From IMG/VR virus record IMGVR_UViG_2541047698_000019: 40,640 nucleotides of DNA. The stretch is one strand, 5' to 3'. The notes under the pieces were generated by a model. The model made no database searches. It was not told the origin of the DNA and was given only the letters and a program-made list of their open reading frames with translations. The position numbers and the translations under genes are program-made. Below, piece after piece: positions 17,207 to 27,403 of the stretch (the stretch's first letter is position 1; each line of letters starts with the position of its first letter). The DNA comes from a virus (Duplodnaviria; Heunggongvirae; Uroviricota; Caudoviricetes).

Positions 17207-17557
17207 ATGCCATCACGAATCCCAAAAGCCTGCCGTGTTCGTGGCTGCCGCCATACCACCACAGACCCGTCAGGCTACTGCGAAAGCCACAAAAGCGAAG
17301 GCTGGAAGCAATACAAGCCAGGACAATCCCGTCATCAGCGCGGCTACGGTTCGAAATGGGATGCTATCCGTGAACGTGTACTGAAGCGTGACAAAGGCCT
17401 GTGTCAGTTATGTCTGCGTGTCGGTGTGGTGCGTGAGGCGAAAACCGTTGACCACATCATCCCTAAAGCACATGGCGGCACTGATGCCGACAGTAATCTG
17501 CAGAGTCTGTGCTGGCCGTGCCACAAGGCGAAGACGGCCCGTGAACGGCTTAAGTGA
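17207..17557 (+). CDS. HNH endonuclease (terminase-associated)
   Basis: ORF 17108-17557 trimmed to MPSRIPKACR (GGAG RBS). HNH motif DHIIPKAHGG...N...CWPCH. Immediately upstream of the terminase genes. Confidence 0.75.
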   Translation: MPSRIPKACRVRGCRHTTTDPSGYCESHKSEGWKQYKPGQSRHQRGYGSKWDAIRERVLKRDKGLCQLCLRVGVVREAKTVDHIIPKAHGGTDADSNLQSLCWPCHKAKTARERLK

Positions 17558-17673
17558 TAATAATTCTCAACTTCCTGAGGGGAGGGGCGGGTCAAATCTC
17601 TGTGACCTGACGTCTTCCGGACTGCCCGCCCCATCGTTTTTTTATACCCGCGAAAAATGAAATTTAACCAGGA

Positions 17674-18177
17674 GTGCCGCATATGGCTGGAACGGCGGGG
17701 CGTTCCGGGCGTCGCCCCAAGCCAACGGCGCGCAAGGCGCTGGCCGGAAACCCCGGCAAGCGAGCCCTGAATAAAGATGAACCTGTTTTTACGCCCATCA
17801 AAGGTGTTGAGCCACCGGAGTGGTTCGCTGAAGAAGATCTCCCTCTCGCTACGATCATGTGGCAACTGACAACTAAAGAACTCTGCGGTCAGGGCCTGCT
17901 GTGCGTGACTGACCTCGCGGTGCTTGAGCGGTGGTGCGTGGCCTACGAGTTCTGGCGACGTGCCGTGAAAAATATTGCCAGACAGGGCAACACCATCACC
18001 GGTGCAATGGGCGGTATGGTCAAAAATCCGGAGCTGACCGCCAAAAAAGAACAGGAGTCCGAGATGAGCAGCACGGGGGCAATGCTCGGACTCGACCCCA
18101 GCAGCCGCCAGCGTCTGATTGGCCTGGCGGGGCAGAAGAAAGCCACTAACCCGTTTCTGAAAATCATCGAATCATGA
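17674..18177 (+). CDS. terminase small subunit
   Basis: 167 aa, basic N-terminus, directly upstream of and overlapping the large terminase. Preceded by a GC-rich hairpin plus T-run in 17590-17640 that may be a terminator or cos-related. Confidence 0.7.
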   Translation: MPHMAGTAGRSGRRPKPTARKALAGNPGKRALNKDEPVFTPIKGVEPPEWFAEEDLPLATIMWQLTTKELCGQGLLCVTDLAVLERWCVAYEFWRRAVKNIARQGNTITGAMGGMVKNPELTAKKEQESEMSSTGAMLGLDPSSRQRLIGLAGQKKATNPFLKIIES

Positions 18178-19907
18178 GCCGGAAATCTTACCCCAACGTA
18201 AATGCTGCCAATCAGTATGCCCGTGATGTCGTGCGCGGAAAGATTGTGGCCTGCCAGTTTGTGATTCAGGCCTGCCAGCGCCATCTTGATGACCTGATGG
18301 CGGAAAAAAGTAAGTCGTTTCGTTACCGCTTCGACAAGGACCTGGCTGAACGGGCCGCGAAATTTATTCAGCTGTTGCCGCACACCAAGGGTGAGTGGGC
18401 ATTCAAACGGATGCCCATCACGCTGGAGCCGTGGCAGCTATTTGTGATCTGCTGTGCGTTTGGCTGGGTCAATAAAGGCACCCGGTTGCGCCGCTTCCGG
18501 GAGGTGTATACCGAAATCCCCCGTAAGAACGGCAAATCAGCAATCTCTGCCGGTGTTGCCCTGTATTGTTTTGCCTGTGATAACGAGTTTGGCGCGGAAG
18601 TGTATTCCGGTGCCACGACAGAGAAACAGGCGTGGGAAGTCTTTCGCCCGGCGCGACTGATGTGTAAACGCACACCCATGCTGACGGAAGCGTTCGGGAT
18701 TGAGGTTAACGCTTCAAACATGAACCGTCCGGAGGATGGCGCGCGGTTTGAACCGCTGATCGGTAACCCCGGTGATGGTTCATCACCCCACTGTGCGGTG
18801 GTGGATGAATATCACGAGCACGCCACCGATGCGCTTTACACCACGATGCTTACCGGGATGGGGGCGCGACGTCAGCCACTGATGTGGGCCATCACCACCG
18901 CCGGGTACAACATTGAGGGGCCGTGCTACGACAAGCGGCGGGAAGTCATCGAGATGCTCAACGGCTCGGTGCCTAACGATGAACTGTTCGGGATCATCTA
19001 TACCGTTGACGAAGGTGACGACTGGACCGACCCGCAGGTGCTGGAAAAAGCCAATCCAAATATTGGCGTGTCGGTTTATCGCGAATTTTTGTTAAGTCAG
19101 CAGCAGCGTGCGAAAAATAACGCCCGCCTGGCAAACGTCTTTAAAACAAAACACCTCAATATCTGGGTGTCGGCGCGTTCGGCTTATTTCAATCTGGTGA
19201 GCTGGCAGAGCTGCGAGGATAAATCACTGACCCTTGAGCAGTTCGAGGGGCAACCGTGCATTCTGGCCTTTGACCTGGCGCGTAAGCTGGATATGAACAG
19301 CATGGCGCGACTTTATACCCGCGAGATTGACGGTAAAACGCATTACTACAGTGTGGCCCCGCGCTTCTGGGTACCGTATGACACGGTGTACAGCGTCGAG
19401 AAAAATGAAGATCGCCGGACAGCCGAACGCTTTCAGAAATGGGTGGAAATGGGCGTCCTGATCGTTACCGATGGTGCAGAGGTGGATTATCGCTACATCC
19501 TCGAAGAGGCCAAAGCGGCGAACAAAATCAGCCCGGTCAGTGAGTCACCCATCGACCCTTTCGGGGCGACCGGGCTGTCACATGACCTTGCTGATGAAGA
19601 CCTGAATCCCGTTACTATCGTCCAGAACTTCGCCAATATGTCCGACCCGATGAAAGAGCTGGAAGCAGCGATTGAATCGGGGCGCTTTCATCATGACGGC
19701 AATCCCATCATGACCTGGTGTATCGGCAATGTGGTCGGCAAAAACATGCCTGGTAACGATGATTTAGTGAAGCCCGTCAAGGAGCAGGCGGAAAACAAAA
19801 TCGATGGTGCGGTTGCACTGATTATGACGATCGGTCGGGCAATGCTCAAAGAACCTGACGATTTCCTCTCATCTCTTGATCCGGACGATGATCTCTTAAT
19901 TCTATGA
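18174..19907 (+). CDS. terminase large subunit
   Basis: 577 aa. ATPase then nuclease architecture, with Walker-type segments and conserved acidic residues. Confidence 0.9.
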   Translation: MSRKSYPNVNAANQYARDVVRGKIVACQFVIQACQRHLDDLMAEKSKSFRYRFDKDLAERAAKFIQLLPHTKGEWAFKRMPITLEPWQLFVICCAFGWVNKGTRLRRFREVYTEIPRKNGKSAISAGVALYCFACDNEFGAEVYSGATTEKQAWEVFRPARLMCKRTPMLTEAFGIEVNASNMNRPEDGARFEPLIGNPGDGSSPHCAVVDEYHEHATDALYTTMLTGMGARRQPLMWAITTAGYNIEGPCYDKRREVIEMLNGSVPNDELFGIIYTVDEGDDWTDPQVLEKANPNIGVSVYREFLLSQQQRAKNNARLANVFKTKHLNIWVSARSAYFNLVSWQSCEDKSLTLEQFEGQPCILAFDLARKLDMNSMARLYTREIDGKTHYYSVAPRFWVPYDTVYSVEKNEDRRTAERFQKWVEMGVLIVTDGAEVDYRYILEEAKAANKISPVSESPIDPFGATGLSHDLADEDLNPVTIVQNFANMSDPMKELEAAIESGRFHHDGNPIMTWCIGNVVGKNMPGNDDLVKPVKEQAENKIDGAVALIMTIGRAMLKEPDDFLSSLDPDDDLLIL

Positions 19908-20065
19908 AATCACTAATTGCTGATGTTATCGGGCTGGCTGGTTTTGGCCTGCTTACGTGCGGGGTTTACCTGCAGTTTGGTATGGCTCCGGCTCTGATTT
20001 TGTCCGGTGCTTTACTGCTGGTGGGCGCACTGGCTATGGCCAGAAGGGGGACGCGTGCTGCTTGA
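19904..20065 (+). CDS. small hydrophobic protein (53 aa)
   Basis: ATGA overlap with the TerL stop. Translation [53 protein letters not shown]. Not in the ORF track because it is under 60 aa. Confidence 0.35.
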   Translation: MKSLIADVIGLAGFGLLTCGVYLQFGMAPALILSGALLLVGALAMARRGTRAA

Positions 20066-21281
20066 TGCTCTGTTCAGAAGTAAATCACTGGAGAATCCTT
20101 CCACCCCGATAACCGGTGATGCCGTTGATACTGATGGGCTGTTCCGGGCAGACGTTTATGTCAGTCCTGAGACTGCGATGAAACTGGCTGCGGTGTATTC
20201 CTGTATCTATGTCCTGTCTTCCAGCCTTGCCCAGATGCCGTTGCATGTTATGCGCAGGCACAAGGGGAAGGTTGAACCCGCACGCGATCATCCGGCGTTT
20301 TATCTGGTTCATGATGAGCCCAATACCTGGCAAACCAGCTACAAATGGCGCGAACTGAAGCAACGTCACATCCTTGGCTGGGGGAATGGGTATACCTGGG
20401 TGAAACGTAATCGTCGCGGTGAAGTCATATCCCTGGATTGCTGTATGCCGTGGGAAACGACGCTGATGAATACTGGTGGCCGATATACCTACGGTTTGTA
20501 CAACGAATATGGGGCGTTTGCGATCAGTCCGGACGATATGATCCACATCCGTGCGCTGGGTAATAATCAGAAGATGGGGCTGAGTCCGATTATGCAACAT
20601 GCCGAAACAATAGGCATGGGGATGAGCGGTCAGAAGTACACAGAAAGCTTCTTCAGCGGTAATGCCCGTCCGGCGGGGATAGTATCCGTTAAAAGCGGAC
20701 TCAATAAGGAAAGCTGGGGCTGGCTTAAAGATCAGTGGCAGAAGGCATCGCAGGCGTTACGCCGCCAGGAAAACAAAACCATGCTGCTGCCAGCCGATCT
20801 GGATTACAAGGCACTGACTGTGTCGCCAGTTGACGCTCAGATCATTGACATGATGAAGCTGAACCGTTCAATGATCGCCGGTATTTTCAATATTCCTGCG
20901 CACATGATTAATGACCTCGAAAAAGCCACCTTCTCCAATATTTCTGCGCAGGCGATTCAGTTTGTCCGCTACACGATGATGCCGTGGGTGACGAACTGGG
21001 AGCAGGAGCTTAACCGTCGCTTGTTTACCCGCGCTGAGTTAGCCGCCGGGTATTACGTCAGGTTCAATCTGACGGGGCTTTTACGCGGAACTCCGCAGGA
21101 GCGCGCGCAATTCTATCACTTCGCTATTACCGATGGATGGATGAGCCGTAATGAGGCCCGCGCATTCGAGGATATGAATCCGGTTGAAGGGCTGGATGAG
21201 ATGCTGGTAAGCGTGAATGCTGCTAACCCGGCAGGAGATTTTAAGCCCCCAAAAAATGATGAGGGAAAAACCAATGAATGA
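20055..21281 (+). CDS. portal protein (HK97 family)
   Basis: ORF 20007-21281. Start uncertain: GTG at 20055 with AGGGGGA RBS, or ATG at 20007. Size and position are typical of a portal. Confidence 0.8.
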   Translation: MLLDALFRSKSLENPSTPITGDAVDTDGLFRADVYVSPETAMKLAAVYSCIYVLSSSLAQMPLHVMRRHKGKVEPARDHPAFYLVHDEPNTWQTSYKWRELKQRHILGWGNGYTWVKRNRRGEVISLDCCMPWETTLMNTGGRYTYGLYNEYGAFAISPDDMIHIRALGNNQKMGLSPIMQHAETIGMGMSGQKYTESFFSGNARPAGIVSVKSGLNKESWGWLKDQWQKASQALRRQENKTMLLPADLDYKALTVSPVDAQIIDMMKLNRSMIAGIFNIPAHMINDLEKATFSNISAQAIQFVRYTMMPWVTNWEQELNRRLFTRAELAAGYYVRFNLTGLLRGTPQERAQFYHFAITDGWMSRNEARAFEDMNPVEGLDEMLVSVNAANPAGDFKPPKNDEGKTNE

Positions 21282-21876
21282 CCGTGAAATCCGTTGTTAC
21301 AGCGGTGAGGTGCGTGCTGAGAGGCATGACGATAACCCGGCGCACATTATCGGTTATGGATCGGTGTTTGACTGTCGTTCTGAGCTGATATTCGGTTCAT
21401 TCCGCGAAATCATCCGGCCCGGCGCTTTTGACGATGTGCTTGGTGATGATGTACGCGCACTGTTTAACCACGATCCTAATTTTATTCTTGGGCGTAGTGC
21501 AGCAGGCACGCTGAATCTTTCAGTTGATGAGCGCGGATTACGCTATGACATCCAGGCTCCGGAGACACAGACCATTCGTGATCTGGTGCTGGCCCCGATG
21601 CAACGTGGAGATATTAACCAGTCATCTTTCGCTTTCCGTGTCGCCCGTGACGGTGAGGAGTGGTATCAGGATGAGGATGGGGTTGTTATTCGCGAGATAA
21701 CCCGCTTTTCCCGTCTGCTGGATGTCAGTCCTGTGACATATCCTGCCTATCAGGAGGCTGACTCGGCTGTTCGCTCCATGAAAGCATGGCAGGAGGCGCG
21801 CAACAGCGGCGCGCTACAGAAAGCCATTAATCAACGTATGGCGCGTGAACGCGTCCTGACCCTTCTTAACGCGTAA
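21274..21876 (+). CDS. prohead protease (HK97 gp4-like)
   Basis: ORF 21217-21876 trimmed to MNDREIR with RBS. Sits between the portal and the capsid. Confidence 0.75.
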   Translation: MNDREIRCYSGEVRAERHDDNPAHIIGYGSVFDCRSELIFGSFREIIRPGAFDDVLGDDVRALFNHDPNFILGRSAAGTLNLSVDERGLRYDIQAPETQTIRDLVLAPMQRGDINQSSFAFRVARDGEEWYQDEDGVVIREITRFSRLLDVSPVTYPAYQEADSAVRSMKAWQEARNSGALQKAINQRMARERVLTLLNA

Positions 21877-21886
21877 AGGAAACATC

Positions 21887-23116
21887 ATGAAACTGCATGA
21901 ACTGAAACAGAAACGTAATACTATCGCAACTGACATGCGCGCCCTGAATGAAAAAATTGGTGATAACGCATGGACGGAAGAGCAGCGCACTGAGTGGAAC
22001 AAAGCAAAATCCGAACTGGAAGCGCTTGATGAACGAATTGCACGCGAAGAAGAACTGCGTCGTCAGGATCAGGCGTACATTGAAAGCAATGAGGAAGAGC
22101 AGCGTCAGAATCTTGATCCGGAAAACAATCCGCAACAGGATGAGAAACGAGCTCAGGTTTTTGATAAGTGGATGCGTCACGGTGCCAGTGAGCTGACATC
22201 AGAAGAACGAAAGGCGTTGCGTGAACTTCGTGCTCAGGGTGTAGCTCAGGATGAAAAGGGCGGATATACCGTACCAGAAACATTCCTGGCGAAAGTTGTT
22301 GAGAAGATGAAATCCTACGGTGGCATCGCCAGTGTGGCGCAGATTCTGACCACTTCTGACGGTCGCACTATGGAGTGGGCAACAGCTGATGGTACTTCCG
22401 AAGTTGGTGTTCTGCTGGGCGAAAATGAAGAAGCCGGTGAAGAAGACACCGATTTCGGTATGGGAAGCCTTGGGGCGCTCAAAATGACATCGAAAATCAT
22501 TCGTGTGTCTAATGAGTTGTTGCAGGACAGCGCGATCGATATGGAAGCTTATCTTGCCCGTCGCATTGCTGAACGTATTGGTCGTGGTGAAGCCCGTTAT
22601 CTGATTCAGGGAACTGGTGCTGGTACGCCTAAACAACCCAAAGGGCTGGCAGCATCAGTGACCGGCACAACACAGACTGCCGCGGCAAATGCGGTGAAAT
22701 GGCAGGAAATTCTGGCTCTGAAACACAGCATTGATCCTGCATATCGTCGCGGACCGAAATTCCGCCTGGCGTTTAACGATAATACGCTGAAACTGATCAG
22801 TGAGATGGAAGACGGTCAGGGACGCCCTTTATGGTTGCCGGATATTGTTGGTGTGGCACCTGCTTCAGTGTTGAATGTACCGTATGTCATTGATCAGGAA
22901 ATTGATGATATCGGGGCGGGTAAAAAATTCATGTTCTGTGGTGACTTTGATCGCTTCATTATCCGTCGTGTGCGATACATGATTCTTAAACGTCTGGTTG
23001 AGCGTTACGCGGAATATGATCAGACCGGTTTTCTGGCCTTCCATCGTTTTGACTGTATCCTGGAAGACACCTCTGCCATTAAAGCGCTGGTGGGGAAAGG
23101 TAGCGTTGGTGGTTGA
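21887..23116 (+). CDS. major capsid protein (HK97 fold, with N-terminal delta/scaffold domain)
   Basis: 409 aa. Coiled-coil-rich N-terminal about 100 aa, then capsid body. Followed by hairpin attenuators in 23120-23190. Confidence 0.85.
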   Translation: MKLHELKQKRNTIATDMRALNEKIGDNAWTEEQRTEWNKAKSELEALDERIAREEELRRQDQAYIESNEEEQRQNLDPENNPQQDEKRAQVFDKWMRHGASELTSEERKALRELRAQGVAQDEKGGYTVPETFLAKVVEKMKSYGGIASVAQILTTSDGRTMEWATADGTSEVGVLLGENEEAGEEDTDFGMGSLGALKMTSKIIRVSNELLQDSAIDMEAYLARRIAERIGRGEARYLIQGTGAGTPKQPKGLAASVTGTTQTAAANAVKWQEILALKHSIDPAYRRGPKFRLAFNDNTLKLISEMEDGQGRPLWLPDIVGVAPASVLNVPYVIDQEIDDIGAGKKFMFCGDFDRFIIRRVRYMILKRLVERYAEYDQTGFLAFHRFDCILEDTSAIKALVGKGSVGG

Positions 23117-23194
23117 TTAGTCTTTTTACGTAATACAGCACGCCGCGTAATGCGGTTTTTTTGTGCCCGCGTTCTGGCGGGCACAGGAGGTTTT

Positions 23195-23518
23195 ATGCTG
23201 TTAAAAATGGAAGAGATTAAGCTTCAGCTTCGTCTGGATGATGATTTCTCTGATGAAGATGAGTTGCTTGAACTGCTTGGGAAGGCCGCTCAGAGTCGGA
23301 CGGAAAACTTCCTTAACCGTACGTTGTATGCAACCGCAGATGACAGGCCTGCGGATGATCCTGATGGGCTTGTGATATCTGATGATGTGAAGCTGGCGCT
23401 CCTGCTACTTGTCAGCCATTTCTACGAAAACCGCTCAACGGTTACAGACGTTGAGAAAATGGAGTTGCCAATGAGTTTTAACTGGTTGGTTGCTCCTTAT
23501 CGCCTTATACCACTATGA
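23195..23518 (+). CDS. head-tail connector / DNA-packaging protein (gp6-like)
   Basis: ORF 23150-23518 trimmed to MLLKMEEIK (AGGAGG RBS). Confidence 0.6.
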   Translation: MLLKMEEIKLQLRLDDDFSDEDELLELLGKAAQSRTENFLNRTLYATADDRPADDPDGLVISDDVKLALLLLVSHFYENRSTVTDVEKMELPMSFNWLVAPYRLIPL

Positions 23519-23925
23519 AAATTCGTCAGGCGCAGACCAGCGCAACCTACATTCTGCCGGACCCCGGCGAACTGAATAAACGTGTCCTGATCCGCCAGCG
23601 GGTGGATATGCCCGCGGATAACTTTGGCGTGGAGCCTCAATACCCGGTTGCGTTCCGGGCATGGGCGAAGGTTATCCAGACCAGTGCCACCACCTGGCAG
23701 GAAACCGCGCAGATCGGAGACGCCATCACCCATTACATCACCATTCGCTACCGCTGGGGGATCACTGCTGATTATGAGGTGGTCTGTGATGACAGTGTGT
23801 ACCGGGTGAAACGTCAGCGTGATCTGAACGGGGCGCGGCGCTTTCTGCTGCTGGAGTGTACGGAACTGGGTGCCGAAGAACAAATGGGAGGACGCAGTGG
23901 ATCAGACAGCATTTTTACACGTTGA
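23515..23925 (+). CDS. head-tail joining / head closure protein
   Basis: 136 aa, ATGA-coupled start. Position after the gp6-like connector. Confidence 0.6.
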   Translation: MKIRQAQTSATYILPDPGELNKRVLIRQRVDMPADNFGVEPQYPVAFRAWAKVIQTSATTWQETAQIGDAITHYITIRYRWGITADYEVVCDDSVYRVKRQRDLNGARRFLLLECTELGAEEQMGGRSGSDSIFTR

Positions 23926-24421
23926 TTTCAAACAACCGGAGGAGATGGAGTTTAACCGTGCCAGGCTCCGAAGGGCATTTGTTCAAATCGGGCGTGTCTA
24001 TATGCGTGATGCCCGGCGGCTGGTGATGCGACGTGGTCGGTCTGCTCCAGGTGAAAACCCCGGCTATCAGACCGGACGACTTGCGCGTTCTATAGGTTAT
24101 TACGTCCCCCGTAAAAGCTCCCGTCGTTCTGGCCTGATGGTCAGGATTTCCCCTAACCAGAAAAACGGGCAGGGTAACCGGCGTTTTCCTGAAGGTTCTG
24201 CGTATTATCCGGCGTTTCTGTATTACGGTGTGCGTCATGCCGCATACGGGATGAGCAAAAAGGATAAGCGCCAGAAAAAGCAGCATTCATCCCGCTGGCG
24301 GCTGGCACCACGTAATAACTTTATGGCTGATGTCATCGACCAGCGTCGTTACTGGACACAAAAGTTACTGTCCCGTGAGTTACAGCGGTCATTACGTCCT
24401 GTAAGAAGGAAAAAAACATGA
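23897..24421 (+). CDS. HK97 gp10-like tail-component protein
   Basis: ORF 23870-24421. Likely GTG start at 23897 with GGGAGG RBS. Basic protein. Confidence 0.5.
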   Translation: MDQTAFLHVDFKQPEEMEFNRARLRRAFVQIGRVYMRDARRLVMRRGRSAPGENPGYQTGRLARSIGYYVPRKSSRRSGLMVRISPNQKNGQGNRRFPEGSAYYPAFLYYGVRHAAYGMSKKDKRQKKQHSSRWRLAPRNNFMADVIDQRRYWTQKLLSRELQRSLRPVRRKKT

Positions 24422-24978
24422 AACTGACTCCTGTTATTGCTGCGCTGCGTGCCCGCTGCCCGTATTTTGAAAACCGGGTGGCAGGCGCGGCCCAGTTCAA
24501 AAATCTGCCGGAGGTCGGAAAGCTGAAACTCCCGGCGGCATATGTGGTACCGGGGGATGATTCTCCGGGAGAAAACAAAAGCCAGACCGACTACTGGCAG
24601 GAGCTGAAAGAGGGTTTCTCCGTGGTTGTCATACTGAGTAACGGGCGTGATGAGCGCGGTCAGTTTGCCTCGTATGATGTGGTGGACGATGTCCGGCAGA
24701 TGCTCTTTAAGGCCCTGCTGGGCTGGAACCCGGAAGCGTGCGGTAACCCGATTACCTATGACGGCGGCACGCTGCTGGATCTGAATCGTCATGAGCTGAT
24801 TTATCAGTTCGATTTTTCGGTCATCAGCGAGCTGACTGAAGACGATACCCGCCAGCAGGATGACCTGAACAGTCTGGATGAACTGCAAACGCTGGCGATT
24901 GATGTTGATTATCTTGAGCCCGGTAACGGGCCTGACGGCGATATCGAACATCACACCGAAATAACCCTTCCTTCCTGA
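24418..24978 (+). CDS. tail completion/terminator-like protein (upstream of the sheath gene)
   Basis: 186 aa, translationally coupled. Positional inference from Mu/SfV-type tail clusters. Confidence 0.45.
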   Translation: MKLTPVIAALRARCPYFENRVAGAAQFKNLPEVGKLKLPAAYVVPGDDSPGENKSQTDYWQELKEGFSVVVILSNGRDERGQFASYDVVDDVRQMLFKALLGWNPEACGNPITYDGGTLLDLNRHELIYQFDFSVISELTEDDTRQQDDLNSLDELQTLAIDVDYLEPGNGPDGDIEHHTEITLPS

Positions 24979-24986
24979 GGATCCTC

Positions 24987-25157
24987 ATGTTTGTCAAACC
25001 TGTTAAAGGGCGGTCAGTTCCTGATCCTGCCCGCGGCGACCTTTTGCCCGCCGAAGGGCGAAATGTTGATGAGAACAACTACTGGCTGCGCCGTGAAGCA
25101 GCGGGTGATATCCGGCGCGTGAATAAAAAGGTGAACACCGATGACGATAAGCTTTAA
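24987..25157 (+). CDS. small DUF2635-like protein (56 aa)
   Basis: ATG with GAGGA RBS. Translation MFVKPVKGRSVPDPARGDLLPAEGRNVDENNYWLRREAAGDIRRVNKKVNTDDDKL. This family typically precedes sheath genes (from memory). Overlaps the sheath start. Confidence 0.4.
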   Translation: MFVKPVKGRSVPDPARGDLLPAEGRNVDENNYWLRREAAGDIRRVNKKVNTDDDKL

Positions 25158-26637
25158 CACCATTCCGTCGAATACGCTGGTTCCGTTGTTTTATGCGGAA
25201 ATGGATAACCAGGCGGCGAATACTGCACAGGACAGCCGAGCATCGCTGCTGATTGGTCATGCCAATAACGGTGCAGAGATTGTTGCCAACAGTCTGGTAC
25301 TGATGCCGTCGGCAGACTATGCACGCCAGATTTGTGGTGCGGGAAGTCAGCTGGCGCGTATGGTCGAGGCTTATCGCCAGACTGACCCGTTTGGCGAGCT
25401 GTATGTGATTGCCGTTCCGGAAGCCACAGGCGCGGCGGCAACGGTTACGCTGACGGTGACCGGGGCAGCAACCGAAACCGGCACGGTGAATGTGTATGTG
25501 GGACGTACCCGCGTGCAGGCACCGGTGACCAACGGCGATAACGTCACGACGATTGCCAGCAGTATCAAAGATGCCATCAATGCCGTTCCGGCCCTGCCGT
25601 TTACGGCCTCATCTTCGGCAGGCGTGGTCACACTGACCGCGCGTCATAAGGGGCTTTGCGGGAATGAAATTCCTGTCAGCCTCAATTACTACGGCTTTGG
25701 TGGGGGCGAAGTGCTGCCAGCGGGCGTACAGATTGCCGTGGCGACGGGTACCGCCGGAACGGGTGCTCCGGTTCTCACCGGCGCGGTGGCTGCAATGGCG
25801 GATGAGCCGTTTGATTATATCGGCCTGCCGTTCAACGACACGGCCTCCGTTAACACGCTGGTGACCGAGATGAACGATACCAGCGGTCGCTGGAGCTATG
25901 CGCGTCAGCTGTATGGTCATGTGTATACGGCAAAGACCGGCACGCTGTCAGAACTGGTGACCGCAGGTGACCAGTTTAACCAGCAGCACATTACCCTGGC
26001 GGGGTACGAAAAAGACACCCAGACGCCTGCCGACGAGCTGGCGGCAAGCCGTACCGCCCGCGCAGCGGTGTTTATCCGCAACGATCCGGCACGTCCCACG
26101 CAGACCGGTGAGCTGGTGGGTATGCTGCCTGCGCCGAAGGGGAAACGGTTCACGATGACCGAACAACAGACCCTGCTGTCTCATGGCGTGGCAACGGCGT
26201 ATGTCGAAAGCGGGGTACTGCGCATTCAGCGTGATGTCACCACGTACAGGAAAAACGCTTACGGGGTTGCGGATAACAGCTACCTCGACAGCGAGACGCT
26301 GCATACCAGCGCGTATGTACTGCGCAAACTGAAATCCGTCATTACCAGTAAGTACGGGCGTCACAAGCTTGCCAGTGACGGTACCCGCTTTGGTCCTGGT
26401 CAGGCGATTGTCACCCCGGCGGTGATCAAAGGGGAACTGCTGGCAACCTACCGTCAGCTCGAGCGTGCGGGGATCGTGGAAAACTACGAACTGTTCAAGC
26501 AGTACCTGGTTGTGGAGCGTGATGCCAGCGATCCGAACCGCCTGAACACGCTGTTCCCGCCTGACTATGTTAACCAGTTGCGTGTCTTTGCCGTGGTTAA
26601 CCAGTTCCGTCTTCAGTATTCAGAGGAGTCTGCATAA
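25141..26637 (+). CDS. contractile tail sheath protein
   Basis: 498 aa. Size and position match Mu gpL-like sheath proteins. Confidence 0.85.
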   Translation: MTISFNTIPSNTLVPLFYAEMDNQAANTAQDSRASLLIGHANNGAEIVANSLVLMPSADYARQICGAGSQLARMVEAYRQTDPFGELYVIAVPEATGAAATVTLTVTGAATETGTVNVYVGRTRVQAPVTNGDNVTTIASSIKDAINAVPALPFTASSSAGVVTLTARHKGLCGNEIPVSLNYYGFGGGEVLPAGVQIAVATGTAGTGAPVLTGAVAAMADEPFDYIGLPFNDTASVNTLVTEMNDTSGRWSYARQLYGHVYTAKTGTLSELVTAGDQFNQQHITLAGYEKDTQTPADELAASRTARAAVFIRNDPARPTQTGELVGMLPAPKGKRFTMTEQQTLLSHGVATAYVESGVLRIQRDVTTYRKNAYGVADNSYLDSETLHTSAYVLRKLKSVITSKYGRHKLASDGTRFGPGQAIVTPAVIKGELLATYRQLERAGIVENYELFKQYLVVERDASDPNRLNTLFPPDYVNQLRVFAVVNQFRLQYSEESA

Positions 26638-26993
26638 TGGCCCGTATCGGGGGAACCTGTTATTTCAAAATTGACGGTCAGCAGCTATCGCTGACCGGCG
26701 GCATTGAGGTGCCCATGAACAGGACGGTCAATGATGACATCATCGGCCTGGACGGCTCAGTGGACCGCAAGGAAACTCACCGTGCGCCTTATGTCAAAGG
26801 GACCTTCAAGGTGCCGAAGAATTTTCCGGTGAACAAAATCACCTCGTCTGATGAGATGACAATCACTGCCGAGCTGGCGAACGGTCAGGTCTATGTACTG
26901 TCGTCTGCCTGGCTGCACGGCGAAGCGAACCATAATGCCGAAGAAGGCACGGTTGATCTTGAGTTCCACGGTGAAGAAGGGGATTACCAGTAA
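26637..26993 (+). CDS. tail tube protein
   Basis: 118 aa, ATGA-coupled to the sheath stop. Confidence 0.8.
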   Translation: MARIGGTCYFKIDGQQLSLTGGIEVPMNRTVNDDIIGLDGSVDRKETHRAPYVKGTFKVPKNFPVNKITSSDEMTITAELANGQVYVLSSAWLHGEANHNAEEGTVDLEFHGEEGDYQ

Positions 26994-27262
26994 TGAAAGA
27001 GCTTGAGTTAAAGAAACCGATTACCGCTCATGGCGAGACACTCTCCGTACTGGAGTTTGATGAGCCCACCGGGAAAGATGTCCGCGAGCTGGGATATCCC
27101 TACCAGATGAATCAGGATGAGTCCGTCAGACTTCTGGCGCATGTGGTATCGAAATACATCGTGCGGCTGGCGAAAGTGCCGCAAAGCTCTGTCGACCAGA
27201 TGTCTCCGGCAGACCTGAATGCAGCGGCGTGGCTTGTGGCCGGTTTTTTCCTCCAGGCCTGA
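26993..27262 (+). CDS. tail assembly chaperone (short form)
   Basis: 89 aa. Lies between the tube and tape-measure genes. Ends just after the slippery site. Confidence 0.6.
   Translation: MKELELKKPITAHGETLSVLEFDEPTGKDVRELGYPYQMNQDESVRLLAHVVSKYIVRLAKVPQSSVDQMSPADLNAAAWLVAGFFLQA
27244..27250 (+). other. -1 programmed ribosomal frameshift slippery heptamer T TTT TTC; the shifted frame extends the chaperone to 27411
   Basis: Zero-frame codons GGT TTT TTC. The -1 frame continues as FFPPGLTAEYLTDRFF... (ORF 27229-27411). Confidence 0.55.
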
Positions 27263-27403
27263 CGGCTGAATACCTCACTGATCGCTTCTTTGACTGCGCC
27301 AGCTACTGGCGCATTAATCCCTTCGAATTGCTGAATATGCCGATCAGTGAAATTCCCTTGCTGGTCAGTCAGGCAAACAGGATAGAGCAGGAGAAACGCA
27401 CAC

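Noticed and set aside
17404-18383. Minus-strand ORFs of 146-153 aa overlapping the HNH and terminase genes
   Set aside because: Antisense to strongly supported, translationally coupled plus-strand genes; Arg/Ser/Pro-rich shadow-frame composition.
20085-20600. Minus-strand 171-aa ORF inside the portal gene
   Set aside because: Same reasoning: antisense shadow frame within a high-confidence structural gene.
25948-26364. Minus-strand ORFs inside the tail sheath gene
   Set aside because: Antisense shadow frames; GC-rich third-position artefacts.
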